64,000 nt of DNA from Podarcis filfolensis (taxonomy: Eukaryota): NCBI GenBank assembly GCA_964270895.1, contig OZ185440.1; one strand, written 5' to 3'. Position 1 is the first letter of the stretch. The number at the start of each line of letters is the position of its first letter. Made by a program: the position numbers and the translations under genes. Below the pieces are notes generated by a model. The model worked only from the letters and a program-made list of their open reading frames with translations, had not been told where the DNA came from and did no database searches. Below, piece after piece: positions 24,141-36,640 of the stretch.

Positions 24141-24643
24141 ATAGTCAAACATGGGATCAGGTACTAGTAGCAGAACTAGGAAAGTCAGAGAAAACAGAAA
24201 TGGAAGTGGAACTTGCTAAGTTCCATGTCTGGAACGAACGGAAATCATTCCAGTGAAAACAGTCAGTACCTATTGCTGTTGTTGCTTCCAGCCCGTAAAT
24301 GATATGTAACATTCCACCCCCTGCTGCATTCGTATCACGTTGCCTTTGCACTGAAACAAATGCAATAACATGATCTTGTGATGCATGCAATTTACATAAT
24401 TTCCTAACAGTGGACAGCGGGACAGATAAGAAACTGCAGTGGAACGGAAACAGCGCTGCATAGTGAGAATGCAGGGCATAATGGAAAACAATGAATTTTT
24501 GCATTTCTAATTTGGAACGAGGTTAACCCTCCTATGGGAAAGGCTTCCCTGACAAATGTGGGGGTTCCAGGCCTGCTTTTTGAGGTGCCTTGTGTTGGGG
24601 AAAGGGAACCAAACAAATCAATGGCAAAGTCTGGCAGGTGAAA

Positions 24644-24742
24644 TGCATGTATTTGTAGCATGCTCTAAATGCTAAATGCATGCTCTTAAAATGCATGCTC
24701 TTAAATGCTAAATGCATGCTCTTAAAAAGGAGCATGCATGCT
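24644..24742. repeat. Short minisatellite built on aaatgcatgctctt / aaatgct units
   Basis: Imperfect tandem duplication with TGCATG at 24644, 24677, 24692, 24713 and 24735. Confidence 0.85.
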
Positions 24743-25344
24743 GTAGAGACTCTACTGCACTAATTCCTAATTCTACTCCCCCCCCCTTTCATGTGGCTCA
24801 GAAAAACCTTTTCATGTCACGGCACAATTATTACTCATGTCATAGCACTTGAATGCTGACAAATTTCGAAATCAAATTTTGGTACAGGCTGACCTGCCTA
24901 AAAATTCTCTGGGTGGTCCTACAGCATTGCAAGTGCCTACCACATAATATTCTAGAGTTACTTCTATTCACATGAGCTAGAAACAATACACACTCTTTTT
25001 TAAAGGTAGGAGCTGGTAGGTCATACTTGCTGTTCTGTATCTTATGTTAATAAAATGGAGTTTTATTTTATTTTATTTTATTCCAAGACTCTTTTTAGGA
25101 GGGCTGTCCTTTAAAAATCCTAATTAAATGATAAGTATTCCTAGCAACTGGAGTTGGTTTGCAGATCTATCATTACACAAAGTGGGAAAGTATGGTTGAT
25201 TGCCACTGTTTATTATGCTGATATGATAGCAGCCATCTAATTAACCTTTAAGCATAAAGCGTTGCCTGCGAGTTTTGATATATTTGTTATTACATCTTTG
25301 TTCCACCTTTCTTCAAAAGAGCATAGGGTATTGTTCAAAGTTCT

Positions 25345-25495
25345 TGCCACCCTGTTTTATGCCCCAGAACGATCCCACGAGGCAGACTAGGTTGAGGGAG
25401 AGTGACTGATTCAAGGTCACCCAATGAACTCGTGGGGCTTTGAGCCTGCGTTTTCCACAGTCCAAGTTTGACAACCTCAATCACCATACCACACT
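25345..25495 (-). mobile_element. MIR/Squam3-like SINE, decayed
   Basis: gagagtgactgattcaaggtcacccaatga CORE-like motif. Confidence 0.6.
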
Positions 25496-25523
25496 GGCTT
25501 ATTTTCATGAGGCAAATAAAATG

Positions 25524-25772
25524 TGTTGCTGTTGTTGGCATCTGTCTGTCTCAAGAGACAATGGAGTGCACTTCCAGGGATGAAGTCAAACCGCTGCATT
25601 AGCAGAACCAAAGTGAGCTCCCTGGGGCGCAAGCCTGAGCAGTGTATATGGAGGTCCTGGTCTGCCCAGATGACAAGACTCTCTTCTCAGTCTTCCATTA
25701 GTGGTCTAAAGGAAAACAAAGGAACATGTTGGGCACCATTGGCTGCAGGAGTTGCTGGAAGGAGACATACAA
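25524..25772 (-). mobile_element. 3' part of the 7597-8317 element family
   Basis: Reverse complement of ~8075-8317, with tgttgctgttgttgg tail. Confidence 0.8.
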
Positions 25773-26475
25773 CTGTGGAATCAGTAGACTAGCTACCACT
25801 GCAGCCAACCCAGGGGGCTGTAGGTGCTTTGGCACCCACAATAATATATTCATGGGGGCTGGGCCCCCCAAGTCAATGGGCAAAGTTGAAGCCCTTTGTT
25901 GCGGGCGCCCACAACCTTTGGTGTGAGATGGCACCTATGCTAGCTACACTGTTTTAAGTTCTGTTTCCCTAGGCAGTGGCATAGAGCATCTCTCTGGGCA
26001 CGCCATAGTTCTGCTCAATTGCAAATCCGAAAAGCATCATGTTTGTTCAAAACCAAGTTATTTGCCACTGCGATCATGATGCTGTGCTTGAAAAGTGTGT
26101 GGCGGTACGTGGTTTAAAACCTTTGAAGGGAAAAGATCGCTGAAAGACATTTCCAGAGGTCAAGGGGCAGGTGTGAAGGGGTGGCGGCGGGGGCAGGCTA
26201 TTAGTGCCTGACATAGCTGCTCTGAGTGAGAAGAAATACATTGCAGAATAAAGATGTAAAATAATATGCAATATTGCATGCTTTATACATGTTGCAGAAT
26301 GTAACATTTCTCCAACTTGTATAAATCAGAATTGTGATGCTACTTCCCATCAACACCAAAAGCACAGTGTACTTACACAGCTCTGCACTAAAGTAGATAT
26401 GTATATATACACACACAAAATATACTCATTGATCTACCTGGCATGATGCTTGTCACTCATTGTTTTGCTCTGATC

Positions 26476-26529
26476 TGTGTGTGCATGTGCACATGTACAC
26501 ATGCACATGCACACGCACACACACACACA
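26476..26529. repeat. 54-nt perfectly alternating purine/pyrimidine tract
   Basis: tgtgtgtgcatgtgcacatgtacacatgcacatgcacacgcacacacacacaca. Confidence 0.9.
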
Positions 26530-26639
26530 GCATAATCTGAGTTCTACGACTTAATCTAGTCAGAGCTACCCTTTCTGCAAGGGCGGCAGCAGGGGGTGGC
26601 CTTCCCTGGACACCTTCCAGGTTCCTTTCAATTTTAACA

Positions 26640-27660
26640 AGTGTATGATTCTGTGAAAATGATGAAGCTCAAGGAGTGGAATTATCTGCGCTGAAGGATA
26701 GCCTGTAGCCAGGCGCTGAAACATTCAAGATCCCAGGTGATGTATTAGGGCAGGTGCTTGCTTGCTTCCTTAGGAGTATTTTAATAAAGCCACAGCTTGT
26801 CGGCTGCGCCTGAAGTCATTCCTGCCACCTGCCTTTGTTCTGGCAAGCCCTGAACAGGCGGTCACGAAGAGTGCATCCAGCAGCACCTTGGCTGACACTG
26901 ATGCCCTTTACCGCAAGCACAGAGATGTTGCCGGGAAGGGCCCGATGCTTGTGCACTCAAAGTGGCAGAGTCCGGTGACATTATTTTGCTTGGCTCCGAA
27001 AGCTTTCAGAGGATTTACAGAGACATTAAACCTTTTAAGCACATTACTGCAATATAACGTGAATTACCATTTCATGTTTCATCTTAGCTCTTTATATTCC
27101 ATCATGATCCTCCCCGATTTCTCTGTGCTAGAGCTGCGATGGCCCAACCCCCTAAGTCCTCAGCCTGCCACACAATCTGTTCCGTAGGTGGCAAGAGTGC
27201 ACGTATGCCTTTAAATCCAGGCCCGTGGCTCCATGTACTTCCTTGCTGTCACAGCGCTCCTGTCCTCAGCTAAGGGAATTCGCCAGGCTTTACTTATTGA
27301 GGGAAGTATGTATAAACCTCCAGAAAATGTCGTGCGGCCTGACTGTATCTCATTCAGAAGGCCCTCTGAGACATCCCATACGATTAGGGGGCCACACATG
27401 TTGAGTTTGCTTACATAATAATCTGGCAGATGGGCCTTGATATCTAATCCCTGTTAAGCCCCCAAAGCCCTTTGATAGTGGGCGTCTTAAAAGGCCAGGC
27501 TGGAAGTCATGCTGCTCTTTTATTTAGGCTTTTGCTTCGGTGTCCGCAAACTTAGTGCGCCATTTAATGATCACTTAAAGAGGCACAGTCGCAACGAAAG
27601 CGAAGGATTACGCCAGCGAATAAACTGAGCGTGAGCAGCCCAAAGAATATTTTGTCCATA
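26640..27660. promoter_or_regulatory. Candidate conserved non-coding block(s)
   Basis: About 1 kb with no recognisable repeat; CpGs retained; TAATCC 27445, GGATTA 27605, CTTTGAT 27470; conservation not tested. Confidence 0.35.
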
Positions 27661-28509
27661 GGAGCAGTGGAGTCTGGAGGGTTGGTTGGATTGTGTCACA
27701 GTTGCCTACTTGGCCAGACGGAAGATGGAAGGCACCCAGTGCCATTCCACAGCCTGTTCACCCCAAAGCTCTTCTGGATTTTGTGGCTTTTATATGGCCC
27801 ATGAGATGCCACACAGGGAAAATGAAGGAAGTCTCTTCCTCGGACAGAAGGGTGCAAATGTACCTGTGTGACATCATCCTGGGTTCATTCATACTACAAC
27901 TGAAAATCTACATTTGATTCATCCTCTTTTGCCCTCAACATTTTGCACACGAATCACACCAGTTTTCCAACCTGAAGTTTCAAGGAGCATATGGTGCGCA
28001 CTTGCTTATTTTGGTTTTTTGTCCTTCCGCCCACCCTTAGACCTGTCCCTCCTTCTACTTTCAACAGCTCATGCACATCCAAGGCACACAGCACACCTGG
28101 AAGTGAACTCATTTCCTTGGAAACAACAATGACAACTTCAGAACCACCACCCTCCCCTCTGCCCTCTCTGCAAACCTCCCTCCACCTACCTGTCTTTCGC
28201 ATTTAAAAAAATCTTTATTTGTGGCAAATCTGTAAACATGTTACATATGCAAAAAAATTCAGTTGAATGCAAAACAGACAGACAGATAGACACACACACA
28301 CAAACAAACAAACAAACAAACAAACAAACAAACAAACATGTAAGCTGCTGGCCAGCCCTTTACCCTGGTTTCCTGGGAAACAATGTTCAAGGTATCAACC
28401 CCTGCAGTGATTTGTGACAGTACTTGCCTCCTTACTGGATTATTGTCAGATAGCTAAAATCCAGTTGTATGATTCCTCCAGAAAGAGTAAAGGTGTATGG
28501 GGTGTTAAG

Positions 28510-29003
28510 GGAGGGGTAGTACCTCTGGTGGGGGGCACGTCATGCTCCTCCTGGGGTAGTTTGTCCACCTTTGGTCCCCACCCAGCACTCAGCTCTCACC
28601 TGTGGCTCCTAGAAACTGTCAGCATGTGACAGCGGCAACACCCTGGGAAACAGCTTCGACTGGCTGGCTAAACCAGGTGACGGTAGCAGATGGCTCTCAA
28701 ACCATCAATGGGCTAGGAACTCCGCTCTGGCGGCTTCAGCCGGTGAGACCAATATTGGGTTCAATGACCAAGAAGTTGGTTTCTGCTTGTTCTGTAGAGG
28801 GATGCAAGGGGCAGATGGGAGGCATCAAGCTGGGAAGGTAGCTCATCTTGGAGAAGGAAAACTCTGACCCTAAACTTCCGCTGCCTTGCAGGATATCTTT
28901 GGGAGAAGAAAGGGCTAAGGAGTAACCTGACACAAATCCAGAAGGGAGTCCCTAAGACAGTTGGATTGCGCCTTGTATGACCCCTTCTGGCAACTCCTGT
29001 AGC
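28510..29003 (+). mobile_element. 5' part of the 7597-8317 element family
   Basis: catgctcctcctggggtagtttgtccacctttggtccc...ggagaaggaaaactctgaccc, collinear with 7600-8095. Confidence 0.8.
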
Positions 29004-32000
29004 CCCCTATCTCACAGTGGATATCAAGAACCCTCTGGTGAAGCAGTTGGGTCCCAGCTCAAGGAGTGCATTTGTATGAGTTAGAAAGGAGAACAGGGCT
29101 CCCATACCAACCAAATGTTGGTTCCCATAGAGAATTTCACCAGCAAGCAGCACTCCAGTGCATTTGTGGCATAAACAGTGCTTTACAGTAACTGCTTCGT
29201 TCTCATAAAATTCCTAAAAGGTAGATCACTGATAATTTCAAAAGGAAATCTAAAGGAAAGATGTACTTCTGATAACCAAGTGAGTTTAGGGCAGCCTGAG
29301 CTAAATTAATATCTCCTGGCTACACATCCAGCAGGCTATCTGCTAGATTAAGCCACTTGGGGACTGCTAGATAAGAACATACATTTTTTGCGTGATGTGG
29401 TATTTTGACGTATTGACAAAGAATAAAACCACAATGGTTTAAAACACAGCAGCTGTCTCTTTCCCCCTTCAGGAATGATGAAGTTCTCCAGGTTTAACAT
29501 TTCTGAGTATTCCTGAATTTGCTGATTGCAGACCAAACGGCAGCTTTCTGCATCCCTTTCTCCTCCCCCTCTCACTGTTGTTATTTAGAATGGCCGCTTA
29601 CCCCTCTTCACTGTGAGTGGCGGTTGCGGCCCGTCATGGTGCCTCCGTGAGCCCTTGGAGCCTCACCACGTTGCCCTGACTGTTGGGTCCTCCCCAGCTG
29701 CCCCTCGGTTTGAATTCCACCAATCCACAGCGGCCTGGGGGGTGGAGCTTGGGGGAGCAGACCTTAGATTTGCAGGCTTCACTCAGGTTCGCTTTCTGGG
29801 ACATCATTTAATGATATTAGAAAATATCTTAGTGAAGTGCCTCTCCTAGACTAAGAAACCAATTGTTGTCTCTTTGATGATATACAGAAAACCCACTTTC
29901 TTTCCCTGGCCAGGAATGCAGCGGCTGACCTTGGTGCTACAGATGGCCTGTTGCTATGTTTCCTGTAGCATTTAGGGCTTGGCATTTTTTGAGCACGCTA
30001 ATCCTATAATGCTGATTTCTTTTGCAGACAGGATTTCTCAATGATCCTTAGTGCTGTTAAGAACTAAAGTTCTTTATATAAGCAGCAGCCACCTACACAG
30101 GAATGTAAGATAAAAATAATCAAAAAAAAAGCAAAACAGGAAACCAGGGAAGATTAAGATCTGGAGACTTTGGCCCATAATATTTCTCCCTAACATAGTA
30201 AAGCACTTCAATTTGTAGGAAGCAAAACCAGGGGAAAGTTCCAAGCGAAGATGGTACTCCGTGCTCTTTCAACCTCACCTCCTAAGAACTCTCAGCAATC
30301 TTAAGAAACTATAGTTTGCATGATTATTCGATGTTCTGCCTTTCCTATCTCCACCAGCACAGAGCATGGGCCAAGGGAAGGACGTATGTTTGTGTATGTA
30401 TGTAGTAGACCTGACAAGCTGAGCTTCAGGCATGGCTGTTTAAAGCCCTGTGTTTTGGGGGGGCCTAGCGTGCCCTGCCTAACCTAGCCGTGAGACTTAG
30501 GACACCTCCAGACCGTCACTATTTTGTGGTGGGATTCAGTCACTTGCCAGGAAATTTAGACGGCACGATGAAAGGGGATTTGGGGCTCTTGTGCAACAAA
30601 CCTGCTTCCAAAAACCTCTGGAGTAAGGAAAGCTATGGGGACATGTGGGACCACAATTGCTTAATGCATATGGCCTACCTGCGAACAAGTAGGGATAAAA
30701 AAATAGGTCACGTGGAAGTTGCCAGGTTTGTATGCCCAGGGCTGTAGGCCATAGCACTGCTCAACAAAGATCTGTAAAAGGCAGGCAGAAGTATGTATAA
30801 AGGACTGACACTTTGTTTTTTGCCTGTACAATTTTAGCTTTATGACTAATCAAGCTTTCTTTCAAGTGATGACTACTTTGATGTGGGGGAAAAATTGTGG
30901 TTTAATCTAATGCAGCCCGTGTGCCCTTAATTTGGTTCGTATGTTTCATTCCTACTATAATGTGGTTTTCTCTCTTTTCCCCAAATACATACGGCCCCTA
31001 AGCTTGTTGTCTCTTAGGTCAGGAGGACCAAGACTAAATCATATCAATAGGCACCTTGAATTCGTGCCTAGCACAGCACTTTTGCTATTGCTGAGGCAGC
31101 AGCCGGCACAAGAGTTTTCACTCTTGTAAGGTAGCTTTGGCAGCCATGGTACTGTGGTTTGGGAGCAGTGGCTGGCAAGTGGAACACCCTCATCTCTTGG
31201 GATCGCAAAACTGAAACAAATGTACAAATAGTAAAATTGCAGGTGCCCAGTATGTACAATATCATAAAATGTTTGGGGACATTTTTAGAGCAGAATCAAC
31301 AGAGGAAGGGAAGTCAGGCTTGTGGGTAGAAAGGGTGAGGCCTGCATGTCCTCACAGCCATGAAATTCCCTCCAACAAGATATACCATCAGTGTTCTCCT
31401 TGGTAGAGTTTAGATGGTCTCTAAAAAACATTTTGGTTCAGGTTTGCTTTTAATGAAAGTGGTTAAAAGTATTCTTATTCTGTGATATATCCATCTGTAC
31501 ATGTGTAGAAACACAAAGTTTCTCTACACATGTGCAATTATTTGCGTGGATTTGTACTGTTCAGATTTGTAGCTGTATTGCGTACACAGCTACACAAACT
31601 ACAACCATGGAATGTTTTGTCTCAATGCCCAGAATAATATATGTTTATGTGTGATTGTGGACAACAAACTGTTTCTTTCTAATTACAAAGGCAAATTTAA
31701 TTTTTGCTAAAGCTACATTATGCATTTAGGGTCAAATTCTGAGTATATGAAATAATATTTCCACGAGCTTCTTAATTTTTAACGCAAGACTTTAAGGTCA
31801 GTAGTCCAATGATGTAAATTATTTAAAAACATATGAATTTTTCATAGGTCTCTCCAGCCATCTAGTTTGGTCTTTACTTTCTTCATCGCTGACTTTGAAA
31901 CTGCAGTACTTGGGGTGATGTCACACACCCAGCATTTATTTATCTCATGTCATGATCTGCTAAACACGAACTTACTTTTTTGGGGGCGGGCGGGCATAAA

Positions 32001-33429
32001 TTGTGTCCCTTCTCTCCCTTTCAATATCTTTCATTTAAACCCAATGCTTTACTCTTATTTCCAGTCTAGAAAGCAAGAACACAGCTGCGTCCTTTGATTT
32101 GAACCTTTGCACTAATAGGCTTTCAGATTTTGTGTTTCCATTCCTTCATGTGTAGATGCTTGATTAATTTGGTGGAAATAATACTCTGGTTTGAGGTGGC
32201 TTCTTGGATGTATCTAAAGATTAAGCGGTGCTCACAAAAACATCTACCAGGAATTATCCATGCAAGAAAGGACCATAAGCTCTGTTCAGGCATTTATTTG
32301 GGTACATGAGAAATGCATGGAGGCCAGAGAGTTGACCAGCAGAGTAGGGACTGCTGGCCTTTCCCCAGACACATTCGCATGGAGCCTATGTATGTATCAC
32401 TAAATGTACAAACTCCAGTAGATACAATCCAGCACATTGGAAAATGGAATCTCCCATGCACCTTCAAGTATACATGTCTAGCTTCCCGGTATATGGGGCC
32501 ATTGAACATGGGACCAGGAAGTAAGAGATCCCAGGTTGCCCTTGTTTGGGAATGAAGGCTTTCAGACTCAGTGGGTCTTAGTTCTATGTATGCGCCTGCA
32601 TGCGTAAGATTGGTCTGTCAGTGCAGAACAAGCCCAATAAACACAGAAGCCGTCAGCATTGAAGAGGAGAAGAAAACTGTCATGAATTGGCATAATGCTA
32701 TAGAAGCACCTGAGTTTCCTTGTGGTGGTTGGTTGGCAAAGTCATTAGGTGAACAGGACATCTTAAAGCAGCCTCAAAGGATCAAAGGCTTAGATTAGAA
32801 GCATTTTTAGAGCTGGATTTGGGCTTGAATCTGCTTTATGTTGTTAAGTAGGCAACCAGTGAGAGTTTTGGATTTCAGCATGTGTGTGTGGTGGGAATGA
32901 ATAATTCTCAGCAAGGTTTAAAAGTCCACTTTTAGATTCAAAATCAAATTGCAGACGAAAACCCCAGTGTATGAAGAATATTTGTTGTGGTTACTTTTCC
33001 ATACCCCTTAGTAACCATAGCAATGTTATCAACACCGGTGAAACAATCACCTCCATTTTCTTTCCTTTTTTTGAAAAGCAGAGAGGGGTTGTGCCTTTGG
33101 ACTATATACCTGGTAGACAGACTCATTCGCTTGCTCTTAACAATAGCTGTTCAGCATATAGAACAAATGAACAGGCCCCAGGCAGGACCTCTGATTTTAA
33201 AAATCACATGGAGCTTCAAATGCACATCGACAGTGGCCTGTGGCCTTCATTGCCTTCTCTAAGTAGTTGCCCATTCAGTTGCTAGTAAAAGCAGAGTAAA
33301 GTATGCTGGCATATATTTGTACATAATTGTATGCACGGCATAACTGAGACCCATTGAACAGTGATGATACTAAGGATGGGATAGAAAATTGTTTCACGTC
33401 AAAAGGCAAACCAGTCTCATTTTTATTTT

Positions 33430-33720
33430 CTGGGGGGGAAAAGTGAATTGAAACATTGCGATCCTTCACAATTCGCCTTTTTCTGAATTTTGCAACATGG
33501 TTCTCTAGCCAAGTAATGTGTATAAAAATGCATATGCTGTGGTATAGTATATATAAACTTCATGTATTCATGAAAATAACATACAAAATCAATTATGTTA
33601 TGCAGCATTGCATTCAAACACATATCTTAGGAGAAATTCGCACTAAAATGCTGGTGAATTTTTATGAGTACTTAAGGGGTGGGGGGGATAATCACAAACT
33701 GAGGTGAAAAATATGAACAA
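33430..33720. repeat. Unclassified interspersed repeat (same family as 17700-17960)
   Basis: Inverted, degenerate similarity to 17700-17960. Confidence 0.45.
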
Positions 33721-36129
33721 CCAGTTGATACACATATCTGTGCATTTGCCACACTGGGCTCTTTGGGGCGGGAGGGAGGGACATAAATTGAATGAATGAA
33801 TAATAATAATAATAATAATATATTTTTTTAAAAGCAGAATATAAGCAGAATTGAATATAAGCCATTTTGGTTTGGCACCACGTCCCTTAAACATTCTGAA
33901 CACTGTTGGCGCAGAAAGAGGCTAAACGGCAGGAATTTATAAACATCCAGATCCCATGTAATCCCTGTTTCAGCGTTCCATTTTGGTTTTGGTAGGCATC
34001 TTAGTCCTCAGCGCAGCCAGGCTTCTAATACCCATAAACGAAATTGCCCTTTTTGTCGAGCTCATCTCCAGAGTCAGGCCCCACGCTTTCTGCAGCGGCG
34101 GCTGCTTGTAAGCTCCTCTGGACACTTGACTCCCGCACGTTCCCAACAGCGAGTGCTTGTCAACTGCGACAGCCGCAGGTAAATCCCAGGAAGGAGGTTC
34201 ATGCCTAGTGCAAATGGACCATGACTGTATGTTTTATGTGTGCGACTCTGCCGACGACTGAGGCCGTGGCAGCCACTCGGCAGGAGGGAATGAAAATCCT
34301 GCCGGTTCTTTGAGCTTAAACAAGGAACGGCCCTCATCAAACACTTGGCGGCTAGAAAAGAGAGATTCCAGGGCAGGCGACGTCCCTTATGAAGTAACAG
34401 GGGGAATGCAAACAAGGCAGATGTATCTCTGACTGTGTATTGCTTGGAGAAAGCATCTCTCTCTCTGTCTCTCCCCGCTCTTCCCTTTTTCTAAAACCCA
34501 TCATGGCTGTTAACAAATCACACCACATCCTCACAAGTGACACAGAGTGCGGCTGAACTGAGCTTTCCAGCTGGGACAAAGAATTTACCATCTATATTAC
34601 TTTCCACCTCACTTTTCTTGAGGAGAGCAGATTAACAATGGTGGAATCTGGCAGGGTTTTTCTGTTTTATTTACTAGACGGAGAGAGCAAGCGGGCTTTT
34701 CTCTTTCTCCCTCCCTTTTTCTGCAAAGTGCAAATGGGCTTTGCCTGGCAACAGCCTATAACTAGGAGTACCCGGGATGTTGATTGTCTGCAGGAAGTTA
34801 CTATTCCACAGTCAGTAGGAAGTTATGCGGGGTGCAAGCAGTGAAATGCGGTAGGTCCTAATGTGCCATAATTGCAGGAGCTAAAGTTTGAACTGGCTTG
34901 TCATGCTGCTGCTTGGGGGAATCTAGAGTTATACCTCTTGTTTCCTTCTTTCATGTCTGAGGCCTGTATGAGGTGAAATGGAAACTTTTGCCCTTGAAAG
35001 TAGTTGCCCAGCTTGATGAACTGGTATATAACTCTTTGCCAGAGCAGCTGGAAATTCCCAGGCCTGTTTCTACTTCCTAACAACAAGTACATTCTCATAT
35101 AGCTCAAATAACTGCCAGCTGGAGCAAAACTCAGTTCAGAACTTGTATTTGCAACTAAGGGAATTCAGAGTTGGCATTTTGCTGCTTGGGCGAAAGACAA
35201 GATGGCGCCCCTCTCCTATCCCTTGTGGAATCTGACCAAAATGACAGTTGAATCATAGACACTAGTGAAGGGACAGCTTCTTCCAGCAGGCTAGTTTGGG
35301 GCAGGAAGACACAGCTGTTTTCCAACATCTCTCTTGTGCCCATATTTCCTGTCACCTGAGGCAGTTGCTTCAGTTTGCCTAATGGTAGGGCAGGCCCTGA
35401 GGGTGGGTTTTTTTGTTTTTGTTTTATTATAAAGCACAAGACTTAAAGTGACTCTTGTTTTTGAGTTTGAATGCAAGCCTATGCTAGCTAGAATGCTCAT
35501 TTGCATTTCTAACACTTTTTTTGCTTTTTCTTCTATGTTAAAAACAGAGATGCTCAAAGTAAGCCTTCTTATTTAACGACTTAAAAGTTACAGTGTTTCA
35601 AGGAAGGAGGAAAAAGTAAAATACAAATTATACAACCCAAATTAAGTCCTTGTGTCCCAAATAAGTCATAGGAGCCTGTACACTGATTAATCCGAGGATT
35701 GTTTACTTAAATGGAAGTAGATTTTTATGCTACCTGTTGGAAATTCTCCATACTGGTGCCTGTTTAAGCTATTGCAACGAGTGTGAAATAACAAAAGCCT
35801 TTTTTGTTAGAAAGAAAACCCATCTGCAATATTTTCTGCAAATCAGAAGCAAGGAGTCTCAAATGCAAACAAGTGTCTTTAATTCACAATCCCATAGATT
35901 AGTCAACTAGTTGGTTAACCAACCAGTAATACCAATTGACAGTAGAATAATATACCTATGCTCCAGCATAAGTGTGTAGAGGGCTGTAACCTGAAGCTTG
36001 CAACCCTGCTAAAATCCCTTGTATTTTAGACCAGTCTAGACCAAACACTCCTCACCCCCGAGTTTAATTTGGAAGAACACTTGACACCTACACGTGTTAA
36101 GATTTATTGTTAAGAATAAGAATTGGAAT

Positions 36130-36310
36130 TGTTGTATCTCAGTGGTAAAGCACACCAAAATCCCAAGTTCAATTCCTGACTTTTTTTGGGGTGGTGGTGG
36201 TGGTCTGCAAAAGACTCCTTTCTGAAGCTTTGAAGAGCTGTGGCAACTCATTGCAGACAGTTCTGACCCAGATGGACCAATGGTCTGTTTCAGTATACAG
36301 CAGCTTTATA
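36130..36310 (+). mobile_element. Squam2-like SINE, decayed
   Basis: ctcagtggtaaagc A-box, agttcaattcc B-box, cagatggaccaatggtctg tail. Confidence 0.6.
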
Positions 36311-36328
36311 ATTTTCTTAACTCAACTG

Positions 36329-36590
36329 CAGACCCTCCAAGTGTCCCTGTTTTCCAGGGACAGTCCAAGATTTACAAAAGCCATACCTGTTTCTAATTTG
36401 ATCCCAGAATGTCCCACTTTTCATTAGGACGTCCTTAGTCCAATCAGAGGAGAAATATTGGAGGGTATGGTGTTATGTGACCCCTGAACCAAGTAGCTAT
36501 ACAACCTCAGCCAGGCGGGCAGGGTATTATTATTATTATTATATAGGACACCCCTATTTCCATGGGAGAAATGTTGGAGGGTATGCAACT
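36329..36590. mobile_element. hAT-like MITE fragments with duplicated terminus and an intervening L2-like tail
   Basis: cagaccctccaagtgtccctg...ggagaaatattggagggtatg, with a second ggagaaatgttggagggtatg at ~36565-36585. Confidence 0.5.
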
Positions 36591-36640
36591 GGATCCCAAA
36601 TGGAACCCGCCCCTGATAGGACCAAGATTTTTAAAAGCCT

